DNA of 64,000 bases, from NCBI GenBank assembly GCA_964521525.1, contig CAZFTD010000001.1:11630-75629 (forward strand). Direction: 5' to 3'. The translations under genes and the position numbers were made by a program. This document shows positions 9,136 through 18,832 of the stretch, one piece after another (position 1 is the stretch's first letter; every line of letters begins with the position of its first letter). This stretch comes from an uncultured Marinilabiliaceae bacterium (lineage in GTDB: Bacteria > Bacteroidota > Bacteroidia > Bacteroidales > Marinilabiliaceae). Under the pieces are notes generated by a model, which was not told where the DNA came from, did not search any database, and saw nothing but the letters and a program-made list of their open reading frames with translations.

Positions 9136-10215
9136 ATGGAGAAAAAAATCAGGGTATTAGTTGTTGATGATTCGGCAGTGGTTAGGCAGAGCCTCACCAC
9201 CATTCTGGAGTCGGACCCCCAGATTGAAGTTATGGGCACTGCCGCCGATCCGCTTATTGCCGTAAAAAAAATAATGAAAGAAGTCCCTGATGTAATTACC
9301 CTTGATATTGAAATGCCGCGAATGGATGGACTCACCTTCCTTCGTAAAATAATGTCGCAACACCCTATCCCGGTTGTCGTTATTTCATCGTTAACAAGCC
9401 AGGGAACCGAAGTTGCCATGAAGGCTCTTGAATATGGCGCTTCCGAAATTATTGGGAAGCCAGCCATGAATGCTGCACAGTTTTTTAACGAATCAAAAAT
9501 TATACTGTGCGATGCAGTTAAAGCAGCCTCTCAGGCTAAACTCTCTCGTCTGAAAATTGCTTCCTCACCTACAGTTGAGTTGGTTAAACCCAAGTATTCG
9601 GCCGACATAATTCTTGAGAAAGCCTCACTAAAAAGCAGGATCGTTGATACTGAAAAAATAATAGTATTGGGAGCTTCCACCGGCGGCACCGAAGCCATAC
9701 GTCTGTTATTACGTAATTTGCCTTCACGTATGCCCGGAATTGCCATTGTACAGCATATGCCCGAAGGATTTACCAAATCATTTGCCAACAGCCTTAATGC
9801 CAACTCAGAACTGGAAGTAAAAGAAGCCGAAGATGGCGACCGGCTCTATCAGGGTCGTGTGCTCATTGCTCCCGGAAATCATCATATGTTGCTTAAAAGA
9901 GTCGGAAAAGAATATTCAGTGGAAGTGAAGGAAGGCCCGCTGGTTAACCGACACCGCCCATCGGTTGATGTGCTTTTCCGCTCTGCCGCCAGGTACGCGG
10001 GCCAAAATGCCACTGGTATTTTGCTTACCGGTATGGGTGCCGATGGTGCAAAAGGGTTGTTAGAATTGAAAGAAGCTGGCGCCAATACTATTGCACAGGA
10101 CCAGCAAACATCCGTTGTTTTTGGTATGCCCAAGGAGGCTATTAAATTAGGTGCGGCTGATGAAATTCTAGGTATAGATGCCATTGTTCCATTCCTGATT
10201 AAAAAATTTCACTAA
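9136..10215 (+). CDS. cheB: CheB receiver-methylesterase
   Basis: Start reassigned to the ATG at 9136 ([13 protein letters not shown]), because the 9019 start would overlap cheD by about 100 nt. REC domain plus [24 protein letters not shown] and [11 protein letters not shown]. Confidence 0.92.
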   Translation: MEKKIRVLVVDDSAVVRQSLTTILESDPQIEVMGTAADPLIAVKKIMKEVPDVITLDIEMPRMDGLTFLRKIMSQHPIPVVVISSLTSQGTEVAMKALEYGASEIIGKPAMNAAQFFNESKIILCDAVKAASQAKLSRLKIASSPTVELVKPKYSADIILEKASLKSRIVDTEKIIVLGASTGGTEAIRLLLRNLPSRMPGIAIVQHMPEGFTKSFANSLNANSELEVKEAEDGDRLYQGRVLIAPGNHHMLLKRVGKEYSVEVKEGPLVNRHRPSVDVLFRSAARYAGQNATGILLTGMGADGAKGLLELKEAGANTIAQDQQTSVVFGMPKEAIKLGAADEILGIDAIVPFLIKKFH

Positions 10216-10680
10216 CCTTTTCATTATATTTCCGTATTATTACAGACTTATTGTTTTACAAAAAAATATTTAAAAACGTTTTAAATGTTTGATTAGAATA
10301 CCGAATGCTAAATTAATTTGACTCTAATCATTTAAACATAAAATGCCATAAACAGTTGTTATTATGATATTTATATAACTTTTACGACACCAAATTCTCA
10401 AAATTAAAGGGGAAATTGTTTTAGATACTGTTTAAATTTAGATGTAAGATTGTTAGAGAAAATTTAGAAGTTTTTATAGAAGTTTTGGCATCTTTACCAG
10501 ACTTATCTATCCGTCAAATAATCTTAAATCTAAACATCTTAATAAAAATTTCAATATTAAATTTAAACAGGATATAAGTTGTTTATTGTTGGTAAAAGAT
10601 ATATAAAGCAAGAAAGTTAAATCCTTTGTTCATTTTAACCACCAGGCTGTTATCAAAAAACCTTAATAAATTTTTTAAGG

Positions 10681-12558
10681 ATGAAAAAAATTAAAATAAA
10701 ATCGCTGTTAACAAAATATAGTTTTCAAGGAGCCGTGCTAGGGGTTATTGTTTCCCTTATAATATTTCTTTTAAGCATGGACTCCCCTATTTATAAAACA
10801 ACCAACAGCTCGTTTATCGATCTGTTTACGCTTTTTCCTGCCTTATGGGCTGTGTTGCTGATACCCGTTGTTGGCGCCCTGTCTGGATATTTTGTTGCCA
10901 GGCGGTTTTCGTCCATTATTAAAAAGCAATCTAATAAATTAAAAAAAGAAGCCAGTCGTACCGAAATGGTTCTTTCGTTTATCGACAATTTAAGACAGGA
11001 CAAATTAGACGAGCCCATCAACGTCAAAGATAAAAACGATTCACTTACACAAGCCCTTTTAAACTTAAGGGGCTTTATGGTTCAAAGCAAGCAGGAGCAA
11101 CAACAGCGCCGGATTGAAGAGGAACAAAGAAACTGGGTTACGCAGGGGCTGGCTCAATTTGGTGAAATTCTGCGTCAAAATACAGATAACCTCGAAGAGC
11201 TTTCATACAATATTATTCGCTACCTTGTTACCTACCTCAAAGTTAATCAGGGTGGCGTTTTTCTGGTTAATCAAACCAAAGCCGGTGAAAAATATCTTGA
11301 GATGACCGCCTGCGTTGCCTATGACCGTAAAAAATTTGCCGATAAAGTTATTAATTGGGGTGAAGGCCTTTTAGGCCGCTGTGCTCTGGAAAAAGAAACC
11401 ATCTTTATAACCGATGTTCCTAACAACTATATAACCATCACATCCGGGCTGGGTGACTCCAACCCGGGAACTCTTCTTCTGGTTCCTTTAAAAACCAATG
11501 AAGAGTTGTTTGGGGTTATTGAGCTTGCTTCATTTCAAATACTTCAGAAATTTGAAATTGAATTTGTTGAAAAAACAGCTGAAAGCATTGCCTCTACCAT
11601 TGCCACGGTAAAAAACAACATTCAAACCACAAAATTGCTTCGGGAAACACAAATTCAGGCCGAAAAAATGTCGCAACAGGAAGAAGAACTGCGTCAAAAC
11701 CTTGAAGAAATGCGTGCCACTCAGGAGGAAAGCGATCGACGGGAAATTGAACGTAAGGGCATTCTGGATGCCATTGACCATGCTGCCATCTCTTGTGAAT
11801 TTGATACCACCGGAACACTTTTATCGGTTAACGAGAATTTCCTGAAAACTTTTAAATACAAGCCGGAGGAGGTTGAAGGGCAGCACCTTAAGATATTCTT
11901 TTTTAAAGATGACGTAAGCGAATTAGACCGCATATTGGCCGACCTTTCTAACGGTCATAACTTCCGTGGACGCGTGCGCAGAAGAACCAAAGCCGGCGAA
12001 GAAATTTACCTGTTAACCACCTATAGTCCTGTAATTGACCACAATGGCGAAATTTTGAAAATTCTTAGCCTCGAAAACGATGTAACAGAACAGGTTAAAA
12101 TGGAAGAGGCCCTCAAACATGCCAAAGAGGAACTCGGTTTACTGCTCGAGGAAGCACGAAACGAAGTGAAGGAACAGTTCAAGGAAATTGAATCAGTTAA
12201 AATAAGAAACGAAAAAACCCTTGAAGGAGCACTTGATGCCATTATTACAACAAACAGGGAGGGGGTTCTTGAATTCTTTAATGCTGCTGCCGAAAAACTA
12301 TGGGGTTATGACCGCAGCGAGGTGCTGGGTCAAAATGTATCAATGCTCTTCTCAAAAGAAACAGCCAAAACCAACATGTTTGTTTCTGGATTTATTTCAA
12401 GCGATGGACAAAAAATTGTGGGCGAGCGCCGTGAAATACCAATCCGCAACAAATATGGCGAAGATATACCCGTTCTATTTTTGCTTTCAGAAGCAAAAGT
12501 AGGCGACGACCATTCATTCACTGCTTTTATACAAAATGTTGAAGTAGAATTATTTTAA
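10681..12558 (+). CDS. Membrane sensor: 2 TM, coiled coil, GAF, E/Q-rich coiled coil, PAS, PAS; no output domain
   Basis: TM segments near residues 15-32 and 45-72. GAF signature ITSGLGDSNPGTLLLVPLKTNEELFGVIELASF. Two PAS-like blocks. The protein ends right after the second PAS. Confidence 0.85.
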   Translation: MKKIKIKSLLTKYSFQGAVLGVIVSLIIFLLSMDSPIYKTTNSSFIDLFTLFPALWAVLLIPVVGALSGYFVARRFSSIIKKQSNKLKKEASRTEMVLSFIDNLRQDKLDEPINVKDKNDSLTQALLNLRGFMVQSKQEQQQRRIEEEQRNWVTQGLAQFGEILRQNTDNLEELSYNIIRYLVTYLKVNQGGVFLVNQTKAGEKYLEMTACVAYDRKKFADKVINWGEGLLGRCALEKETIFITDVPNNYITITSGLGDSNPGTLLLVPLKTNEELFGVIELASFQILQKFEIEFVEKTAESIASTIATVKNNIQTTKLLRETQIQAEKMSQQEEELRQNLEEMRATQEESDRREIERKGILDAIDHAAISCEFDTTGTLLSVNENFLKTFKYKPEEVEGQHLKIFFFKDDVSELDRILADLSNGHNFRGRVRRRTKAGEEIYLLTTYSPVIDHNGEILKILSLENDVTEQVKMEEALKHAKEELGLLLEEARNEVKEQFKEIESVKIRNEKTLEGALDAIITTNREGVLEFFNAAAEKLWGYDRSEVLGQNVSMLFSKETAKTNMFVSGFISSDGQKIVGERREIPIRNKYGEDIPVLFLLSEAKVGDDHSFTAFIQNVEVELF

Positions 12559-12573
12559 TAACACCCCTTAAGC

Positions 12574-13422
12574 ATGCAGAATAGCGGAGAGGATATTACA
12601 TTTAAAGAATATCTGCAAATACTTAAGGATTCCTCACCTTACGATTTCAGTGAATATTCCGATAATTCGATATACAGGCGCATCCATAAGGTTATGCGCG
12701 ATTACCGGCTGAGCTTAAACGAATTAGTGGCAAAAACAAAATCAGACCAGGATTTTGTAGAGCAAATTGTTGAGGCAATTACAGTTAATACCACCGAACT
12801 ATTTCGTGACCCCTCGGTTTGGGTTTACATATTGCAAAAGCTGCTACCTCAATTTAAAAATAAACCTAACATAAATATTTGGCACGCAGGATGTTCATCA
12901 GGTCAGGAGGTTTATTCCAACCTAATTTTACTCAATCATCTGGGACTTTTAAAACAATCGACTGTTTATGCTACCGACATAAGTCAAAAAGTACTCGACC
13001 AAGCTAAAAAAGGAATATATAAGTATCGGTTTAATTTAAATTACATCGAAAACTTTAATCAGGTTTTGGGTGTTAACGAACCCAAAGTTGATTTTTCAAA
13101 GTATTTCGATATCAATGAATCAGAAGACAAAATTGTGGTTAAAGAATTCTTAAGAACATTACCTAAATTTATAAAGCATGATCTGGTTCAGGAAAAACTG
13201 CCGTTCTATAATAAATTTGACATCATTTTTTGCCGAAACGTATTGATTTATTTTAATCCGGACTTACAGTCGCGCATCATTCAACGATTTCACGATAATC
13301 TTTTTCCTGGTGGGTCTATGATTTTAGGCACGCACGAAGCCATAACCGGATTCTTTAAAACCAAGTTCGTTAAAAACGGTCCGGTATATTCAAAAAGCAA
13401 CGTATTTCATTTTAAATATTAA
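12574..13422 (+). CDS. CheR-type SAM-dependent methyltransferase (paralogue 2)
   Basis: TTELFRDPSVW, IWHAGCSSGQEVYS, ATDIS...AKKGIY, IFCRNVLIYFN. Confidence 0.88.
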   Translation: MQNSGEDITFKEYLQILKDSSPYDFSEYSDNSIYRRIHKVMRDYRLSLNELVAKTKSDQDFVEQIVEAITVNTTELFRDPSVWVYILQKLLPQFKNKPNINIWHAGCSSGQEVYSNLILLNHLGLLKQSTVYATDISQKVLDQAKKGIYKYRFNLNYIENFNQVLGVNEPKVDFSKYFDINESEDKIVVKEFLRTLPKFIKHDLVQEKLPFYNKFDIIFCRNVLIYFNPDLQSRIIQRFHDNLFPGGSMILGTHEAITGFFKTKFVKNGPVYSKSNVFHFKY

Positions 13423-13424
13423 AA

Positions 13425-14249
13425 GTGAACTTCAGTATAACTGATATCAAAGAATTGACCTTTTCCATGTTGGGCTATCCCAATATGGACTATACCAACT
13501 ATTCTTTATCGTTTTTAAAAAGAAGGTTGGCAATAGTTTTCACAAGCTTAAACATTAGGCGAAAAGATCAATTTCTTGAAATGCTGAAGAAAAAGGATTT
13601 CAGAGATCAGGTAATCACACGCATGTTGGTTGATAATACTGAGATGTTCAGAGACCCGGCTTTTTGGCGTATGCTAAGAGATAAAATTGTAAAGGATTTG
13701 CCCTCCAATAGCGCCATATGGTTTCCATGCGAAAGCAGTGGAGAGGAAGTTTATTCATTATCCATTATTCTTCACGAGCAAAATCTTGCATCCCGATTTA
13801 AATTAATTTGCAGCAACCCATCCATTGAAAAAGGTAATGCCATTAACCAAGGTAAGTTAAACGCAAAGCTCTTCGATTTAAATCACACAAATTACAGGCG
13901 TTTAGAAGAAAATGAATTATTCGATTCATATTTCACTATACAGAACGGTCATCTGTTTGTTTGCGAAAAATTAAGAGAAAATGTAAATTGTGTACACGGA
14001 AGTATTTCTGACACCATACCTTCAGGAGTTGTGTCGCTCATATTATTTAGAAATGTATCCATATATTATAATCATCGTCAGGCAGCCTCTGTTTTTGATA
14101 TATTATATGAAAAACTAATGCCGGGAGGTTTTCTCGTTATAGGAGTTAAGGAAAAACTCCCTGAAAAAATTGCCGACAAAATGATAGTAATCGACGAAAC
14201 AGAAAAAATTTACAAAAAACCTTTGCCGCGAACCAATGGATTATATTAA
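13425..14249 (+). CDS. Divergent CheR-like protein (paralogue 3, GTG start)
   Basis: NTEMFRDPAFW is retained, but IWFPCESSGEEVYS, CSNPS (in place of the (T/S)DIS motif: ATDIS / GSDIS), INQGKL (in place of KGIY) and LFRNVSIYYN have diverged. Confidence 0.75.
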   Translation: MNFSITDIKELTFSMLGYPNMDYTNYSLSFLKRRLAIVFTSLNIRRKDQFLEMLKKKDFRDQVITRMLVDNTEMFRDPAFWRMLRDKIVKDLPSNSAIWFPCESSGEEVYSLSIILHEQNLASRFKLICSNPSIEKGNAINQGKLNAKLFDLNHTNYRRLEENELFDSYFTIQNGHLFVCEKLRENVNCVHGSISDTIPSGVVSLILFRNVSIYYNHRQAASVFDILYEKLMPGGFLVIGVKEKLPEKIADKMIVIDETEKIYKKPLPRTNGLY

Positions 14250-14820
14250 ATCAGACAGAAATTTTAAACTCATAGTTTTGGGTGGTTCTGCAGGAAGTTT
14301 TTCTGTAGTATCAAAAATTTTGTCTCAATTAAAACCCGATTTTAAAATACCTTTGATTCTTTCGCTGCATCGGTTAAAACACCTACGGTCGGGGTTGGTG
14401 GAAAGCCTCAGTTATAAATCGGCCATTGAAATCATTGAACCCTGCGATAAAGACAAAATCAATAACAACTTTGCATATCTGGCCCCATCGAACTACCACC
14501 TGTTTGTTGAATTCGATGGAACACTGTCGTTATCAACAGAAGAGTCGAACAACCATAGCCGGCCATCTATCGACTATACTTTATCGTCGGCGGCCTATGC
14601 CTACCGTGATAAAACATTGGGAATTCTGCTTACCGGAGCCAATCGCGATGGGGCTCAGGGGCTAAAAGATATTGCCGATCACAACGGATATACCATTGTG
14701 CAGGATCCTAAAACCTGTGATATTGATACCATGCCACAGTCTGCATTACGGTTGTTCACACCCAACCAGATTCTGACACCCGACCAAATTGTGCAATTTT
14801 TAAATAGCCTACCACAATGA
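14236..14820 (+). CDS. Receiver-less CheB-type methylesterase
   Basis: 194 aa, catalytic domain only. LIVLGGSAGSF, SLHRLKH, PSIDYTLSSAA, LLTGANRDGAQG. Overlaps the preceding gene by 14 nt. Confidence 0.85.
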   Translation: MDYIKSDRNFKLIVLGGSAGSFSVVSKILSQLKPDFKIPLILSLHRLKHLRSGLVESLSYKSAIEIIEPCDKDKINNNFAYLAPSNYHLFVEFDGTLSLSTEESNNHSRPSIDYTLSSAAYAYRDKTLGILLTGANRDGAQGLKDIADHNGYTIVQDPKTCDIDTMPQSALRLFTPNQILTPDQIVQFLNSLPQ

Positions 14821-15590
14821 ACATACAACTACTTAAAAAAAAATCGCTGATGTTTTGGCTTTTTTTATTGGCAGGCATTATTTTTCTGCTGTCAATAACT
14901 CGTTATTTTCTTTTCGAGGTGAACGCCGAATCGTGGTTTTATTATTTTGAAGTGACATCGTTCTTTTTGCTGATAGTCATGTTAATTCTGGCCGAAAAAC
15001 TTTATCATAACTATAACAATCAAATAATCCGCCAAAAAGAAAAGTATGAAAGCGAAATCAACGAATTGCTTGAAAAAAATGTGTCGTTAACAAGTAAAAT
15101 TTCTTTCTACGAAAGAGCTGAATTCGAAGCTTATGAGCTTAGTGAAAAACAGGATAAATTATTAAGCAGCATTGTAAACATGGGGGGGGCATCCAATCAC
15201 AGCCGAAGTTTTCTCAGTTTGTTTTCAGATGCAACACAGGCCATGTCGGCAATTCTTTACACAGAAACACAACCCTCGGGCAATTTTATCGTACAAGAAA
15301 CTTACGGTATTCCCGAAGATTACACCCCAGCTCCGTTTTCTATATCTGAAGGATTAAATGGTCAGGTTGTTGCCGAAGGAAAACCATTGGTAATAGAGGA
15401 AATACCAGAAGATTATTTTAATGTGCAATCGGGATTGGGAAATTCCAGACCACGATTTCTCTATTTTTTACCGGTTATAAAAGATAAAACGTGTGTGGCT
15501 TTAATTGAATTAGCTACCTTTAAAAAAACTGATTTAGAAAAAATGTGGCACCATGTTTCGGCCAAAATAATTGAAAAAGGATTATTATAA
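14817..15590 (+). CDS. Membrane protein: 2 TM, coiled coil, GAF
   Basis: ATGA start/stop overlap with the preceding gene. GAF signature DYFNVQSGLGNSRPRFLYFLPVIKDKTCVALIELATF is paralogous to those of the 10681 and 15600 proteins. Confidence 0.8.
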   Translation: MNIQLLKKKSLMFWLFLLAGIIFLLSITRYFLFEVNAESWFYYFEVTSFFLLIVMLILAEKLYHNYNNQIIRQKEKYESEINELLEKNVSLTSKISFYERAEFEAYELSEKQDKLLSSIVNMGGASNHSRSFLSLFSDATQAMSAILYTETQPSGNFIVQETYGIPEDYTPAPFSISEGLNGQVVAEGKPLVIEEIPEDYFNVQSGLGNSRPRFLYFLPVIKDKTCVALIELATFKKTDLEKMWHHVSAKIIEKGLL

Positions 15591-15599
15591 CAGAACGAA

Positions 15600-18212
15600 A
15601 TGCCTGTTAATACCAACAAAATAAAGGAATGGAGGAAACTATTCTCCCTTAAGGAGGTTTCCTACTCACAGAAATTCATCCTGTTTTCTTCAGTGATTTT
15701 TCTGCTTATTCTAATCTGGTCGGGATTTCTGGCTTTAAAAGAATCCAAACTTTCATTATTAAATATTATTGCCCTGCATAAAACAGTTTTAGTCTGGTTT
15801 ACAGATTTTCTGGTACTTGCACTGGCATTTTCTGGTATTGTTTACTATAATTTGCTGAAAAACAAGACTCAAAAACTTAGAAATGAAATAGCCGTTTTAA
15901 ATGAACGCATTACACATAACATTAACCTGGCCAATAATTTAAAGCAGGCTAAATGGGATGCACTCAAATCAAACGGAGACAGTTTATCCCAAGCACTATT
16001 AGATTTGGGTGAAAATATAAAAGAAAGCAATAAAAGAGAAGAAGAACAAAACTGGATAACCCTGGGTAAAGACCAAATATCGGAACTCCTTCGCAATGCT
16101 CATAATCTGGAAGACCTTTCTGTTTCGGTATTGAAGGCGCTTATCAATTACATGGGTGGTATTCAGGGAGCATTTTATCTCGAACAAAATAATATTTTGA
16201 AGCGAACAGGTATGTATGCCTACGGCCGCCGCCGGTTCGAATACAATGAAATACCAATTGGAAAGGGATTAATTGGTGCTGCCGCCTACGAAAAAGCACT
16301 AATTTTTCGGTCTGAAATACCCGATGATTATTTTACCATTACCTCAGGTTTACTGGGTGAGCAAAAGCCCAAAAGTATTTTACTGATACCGCTTTTACAG
16401 GAAGAAACTCTTCAGGGAGTTTTGGAAATCGCATTTCTCGAAAACCGAATCCCCCGGTTTAAAATTAGTTTTGCCGAAGAAGTTGGTTCCATCATAGGCC
16501 AAACCATATACAACCTTAAGATTACCACCCGTACCGAAATGCTTTTGAAAGAATCGCAGGAAATGACTAGTACTCTCAAGAAAAATGAAGAGCAGCTGCG
16601 TCAAAATGCCCGCGAAATGATTGAAGCCCAGGAAGAATTGGAGCGCAGCAACCAAATGCTTGAAAAGCAGATACAAGAGGTAGCCAATTCGCAAAAGAAA
16701 CTGGAAGCGTTGCTCACCAATGCCTCTGAGTTTATTTCAATCTACGACGAAAATCAGGAGTTGGTATTCGAGAGTCCTTCAGTAAAACGAATATTGGGTT
16801 ATTCCGACAATGATATCGTAACTGGTATGGATCCTGAGGTTCTAACTCCCCGTGGACTAAAAACCATTAACCAGTTATTCCAATACCTGATTGATACTCC
16901 GGGAGGCGAGCAAACAGCACAATATACCTACCTAAGAAAGAACGGTGAAAAACTTTTCCTCGAAACCAAAGGAAAAAACCTCCTGCACGACCCTGCCATT
17001 CGCGGTATAATCTTTAACACTCAGGATATTACTGAGCGGAAGCGAGCCGAAAAAGAGGAGCGTATGAAAAGCCGTATGCAAAGTTTGTCTGAAAACTCTC
17101 CGGATATGATTATCCGTATCAACCTGTTTGGCAAACTAATTTATGTAAATCCGGCTGTTGCTAGTTTTATCGATCTGCCTGCTGCCGATCTGGTTAAGAA
17201 AAGAATTGTGGATCTTGAAATTGACCCGCGATTTATCGATTTCATGCAGGAAACGCTGGCCTATATTAAAGAACAACAACAACAAATAATTTCCGAAGTG
17301 GCCGTTAGTTCTCAAAATGGAGAACGAATAATGGAAATAAAGGCAATTCCTGAACTTGGCGAAGAAGGTGAATTAGAAACCATTCTTTTTGTTGCTCATG
17401 ATATGACCGAGTTCAAAAAAATAGAACAGGAAATAAAAGAGAAAAACAAAAAGATTTCTGATAGTATCAATTATGCCCAACGTATTCAAACGTCAATTTT
17501 ACCCGATACACGTCTGTTGCAGGAATTCTTCCCCCGATCGTTTATTTTCTATCGACCAAAGGATGTGGTGAGTGGCGATTTCCCCTGGTTTTTCCGTAAA
17601 GACAACATTTACTACATAGCTGCCGTAGATTGTACCGGACATGGTGTGCCCGGAGCTCTCATAAGTTTTATCGGGCACTTCCTGCTAAATAACATTGTAA
17701 GTTTGGAGCACAATCTCACAGCATCTCAAATTCTTGACAACCTCCATCTTGAAGTTAGAAGTACGCTAAAGCAAGACCAGGAAGGGGCTTTAGGCCGCGA
17801 TGGTATGGATTTGGCACTTTGTAAAATCGACCCTGATAACCAAACACTTGAATTCTCAGGAGCCCACCGTCCGCTTTATTTTTTACGGAAAGGAGAATTA
17901 ACCGAATATCAAGGCACACGAAAGGGCATTGGCGGTATTCCTTTGGCAAAAAAAGTAGAGAAAGACTTTGAAAATCATATCATTCATTACCAAAAAGGCG
18001 ACCAGATATTTATTTTCAGCGATGGATTACCCGACCAGTTAGGCGGCCCCGAGCGAAAAAAATATCAGGCCAAAAGGATACGTGAAGCTTTAACCGAAAA
18101 ACCAGATGCATCAATGGCGCATTTCTCACGCTACTTTTCAATGGACTTTTATGAATGGTTAGGCGATGAAAAACAAGTTGATGATGTACTTTTGATTGGA
18201 ATTGAATTGTAA
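15600..18212 (+). CDS. Membrane sensor phosphatase: TM, coiled coil, GAF, E/Q coiled coil, PAS, PAS, PP2C/SpoIIE (SiaA/RsbU-like)
   Basis: PP2C motifs YAQRIQTSILPD, SGDFPWF, AVDCTGHGVPGA, GRDGMDLAL, FSDGLPDQ, VDDVLLIG. The GAF and PAS blocks resemble those of the 10681 protein. Confidence 0.9.
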   Translation: MPVNTNKIKEWRKLFSLKEVSYSQKFILFSSVIFLLILIWSGFLALKESKLSLLNIIALHKTVLVWFTDFLVLALAFSGIVYYNLLKNKTQKLRNEIAVLNERITHNINLANNLKQAKWDALKSNGDSLSQALLDLGENIKESNKREEEQNWITLGKDQISELLRNAHNLEDLSVSVLKALINYMGGIQGAFYLEQNNILKRTGMYAYGRRRFEYNEIPIGKGLIGAAAYEKALIFRSEIPDDYFTITSGLLGEQKPKSILLIPLLQEETLQGVLEIAFLENRIPRFKISFAEEVGSIIGQTIYNLKITTRTEMLLKESQEMTSTLKKNEEQLRQNAREMIEAQEELERSNQMLEKQIQEVANSQKKLEALLTNASEFISIYDENQELVFESPSVKRILGYSDNDIVTGMDPEVLTPRGLKTINQLFQYLIDTPGGEQTAQYTYLRKNGEKLFLETKGKNLLHDPAIRGIIFNTQDITERKRAEKEERMKSRMQSLSENSPDMIIRINLFGKLIYVNPAVASFIDLPAADLVKKRIVDLEIDPRFIDFMQETLAYIKEQQQQIISEVAVSSQNGERIMEIKAIPELGEEGELETILFVAHDMTEFKKIEQEIKEKNKKISDSINYAQRIQTSILPDTRLLQEFFPRSFIFYRPKDVVSGDFPWFFRKDNIYYIAAVDCTGHGVPGALISFIGHFLLNNIVSLEHNLTASQILDNLHLEVRSTLKQDQEGALGRDGMDLALCKIDPDNQTLEFSGAHRPLYFLRKGELTEYQGTRKGIGGIPLAKKVEKDFENHIIHYQKGDQIFIFSDGLPDQLGGPERKKYQAKRIREALTEKPDASMAHFSRYFSMDFYEWLGDEKQVDDVLLIGIEL

Positions 18213-18254
18213 TTATATTTACGTAAATTTAGACACTATTTTGAAATAAACGTC

Positions 18255-18818
18255 ATGGAAAAAGAGAACCAAGGGTTTCTGGAGTTTGCTTATCAACTCT
18301 ACAAAACCATGAAAACCAATGAAATAAATTTGGTTTACGAAGGAGAAGTCACTCAGGAAATAACAAAAACCTTTACTTCTCTTACCGAAAAAAGCCTATC
18401 TAAAAGTGCGGAATCAAACACCGTGCAGAAAAAGGTATTTAATGTAATGGTAGAATGTTTACAAAACATCAGTAAACATGCCGATTCGTTAAACGATGAA
18501 GACGAAGAACGCAGAGGCATTGTAATGGTGAGTAAAGGGGAAGACAGTTACAACATCATTACCGGCAACGTTATTAAAAATGAAAAAGTTCCCGAGCTGA
18601 AAAAAAGCCTCGAGCTCATCAACAGTCTCGATAAAGAAGGTCTCTCAATCCTGTTTAAACAACAGATAAAAGAAACAACTATTTCGGATAAAGGAGGCGC
18701 CGGGCTTGGATTAATTGATATTGCAAAAAAGACAGGAAGTAAATTAACTTACCAGTTTAAAGAGCTTAACGAGAATGTATCCTTTTTCATTTTAACATCT
18801 ACCATTAAGAGAAACTGA
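18255..18818 (+). CDS. SiaB-like (GHKL-fold) Ser/Thr protein kinase
   Basis: N-box-like VMVECLQNISKHA and G-box-like DKGGAGLGLIDIAKK. Size and position match SiaB-family proteins, which sit between the PP2C and the DUF1987 partner. Confidence 0.7.
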   Translation: MEKENQGFLEFAYQLYKTMKTNEINLVYEGEVTQEITKTFTSLTEKSLSKSAESNTVQKKVFNVMVECLQNISKHADSLNDEDEERRGIVMVSKGEDSYNIITGNVIKNEKVPELKKSLELINSLDKEGLSILFKQQIKETTISDKGGAGLGLIDIAKKTGSKLTYQFKELNENVSFFILTSTIKRN

Positions 18819-18832
18819 TAAAATTAAGCACC

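Noticed and set aside
10216-10680. The 465-nt AT-rich spacer before the second signalling operon as a hidden gene or ncRNA.
   Set aside because: There is no ORF of useful length on either strand, and I could not define any convincing hairpins or repeats. It is most simply a promoter/leader region. Transcriptome data would be needed to say more.
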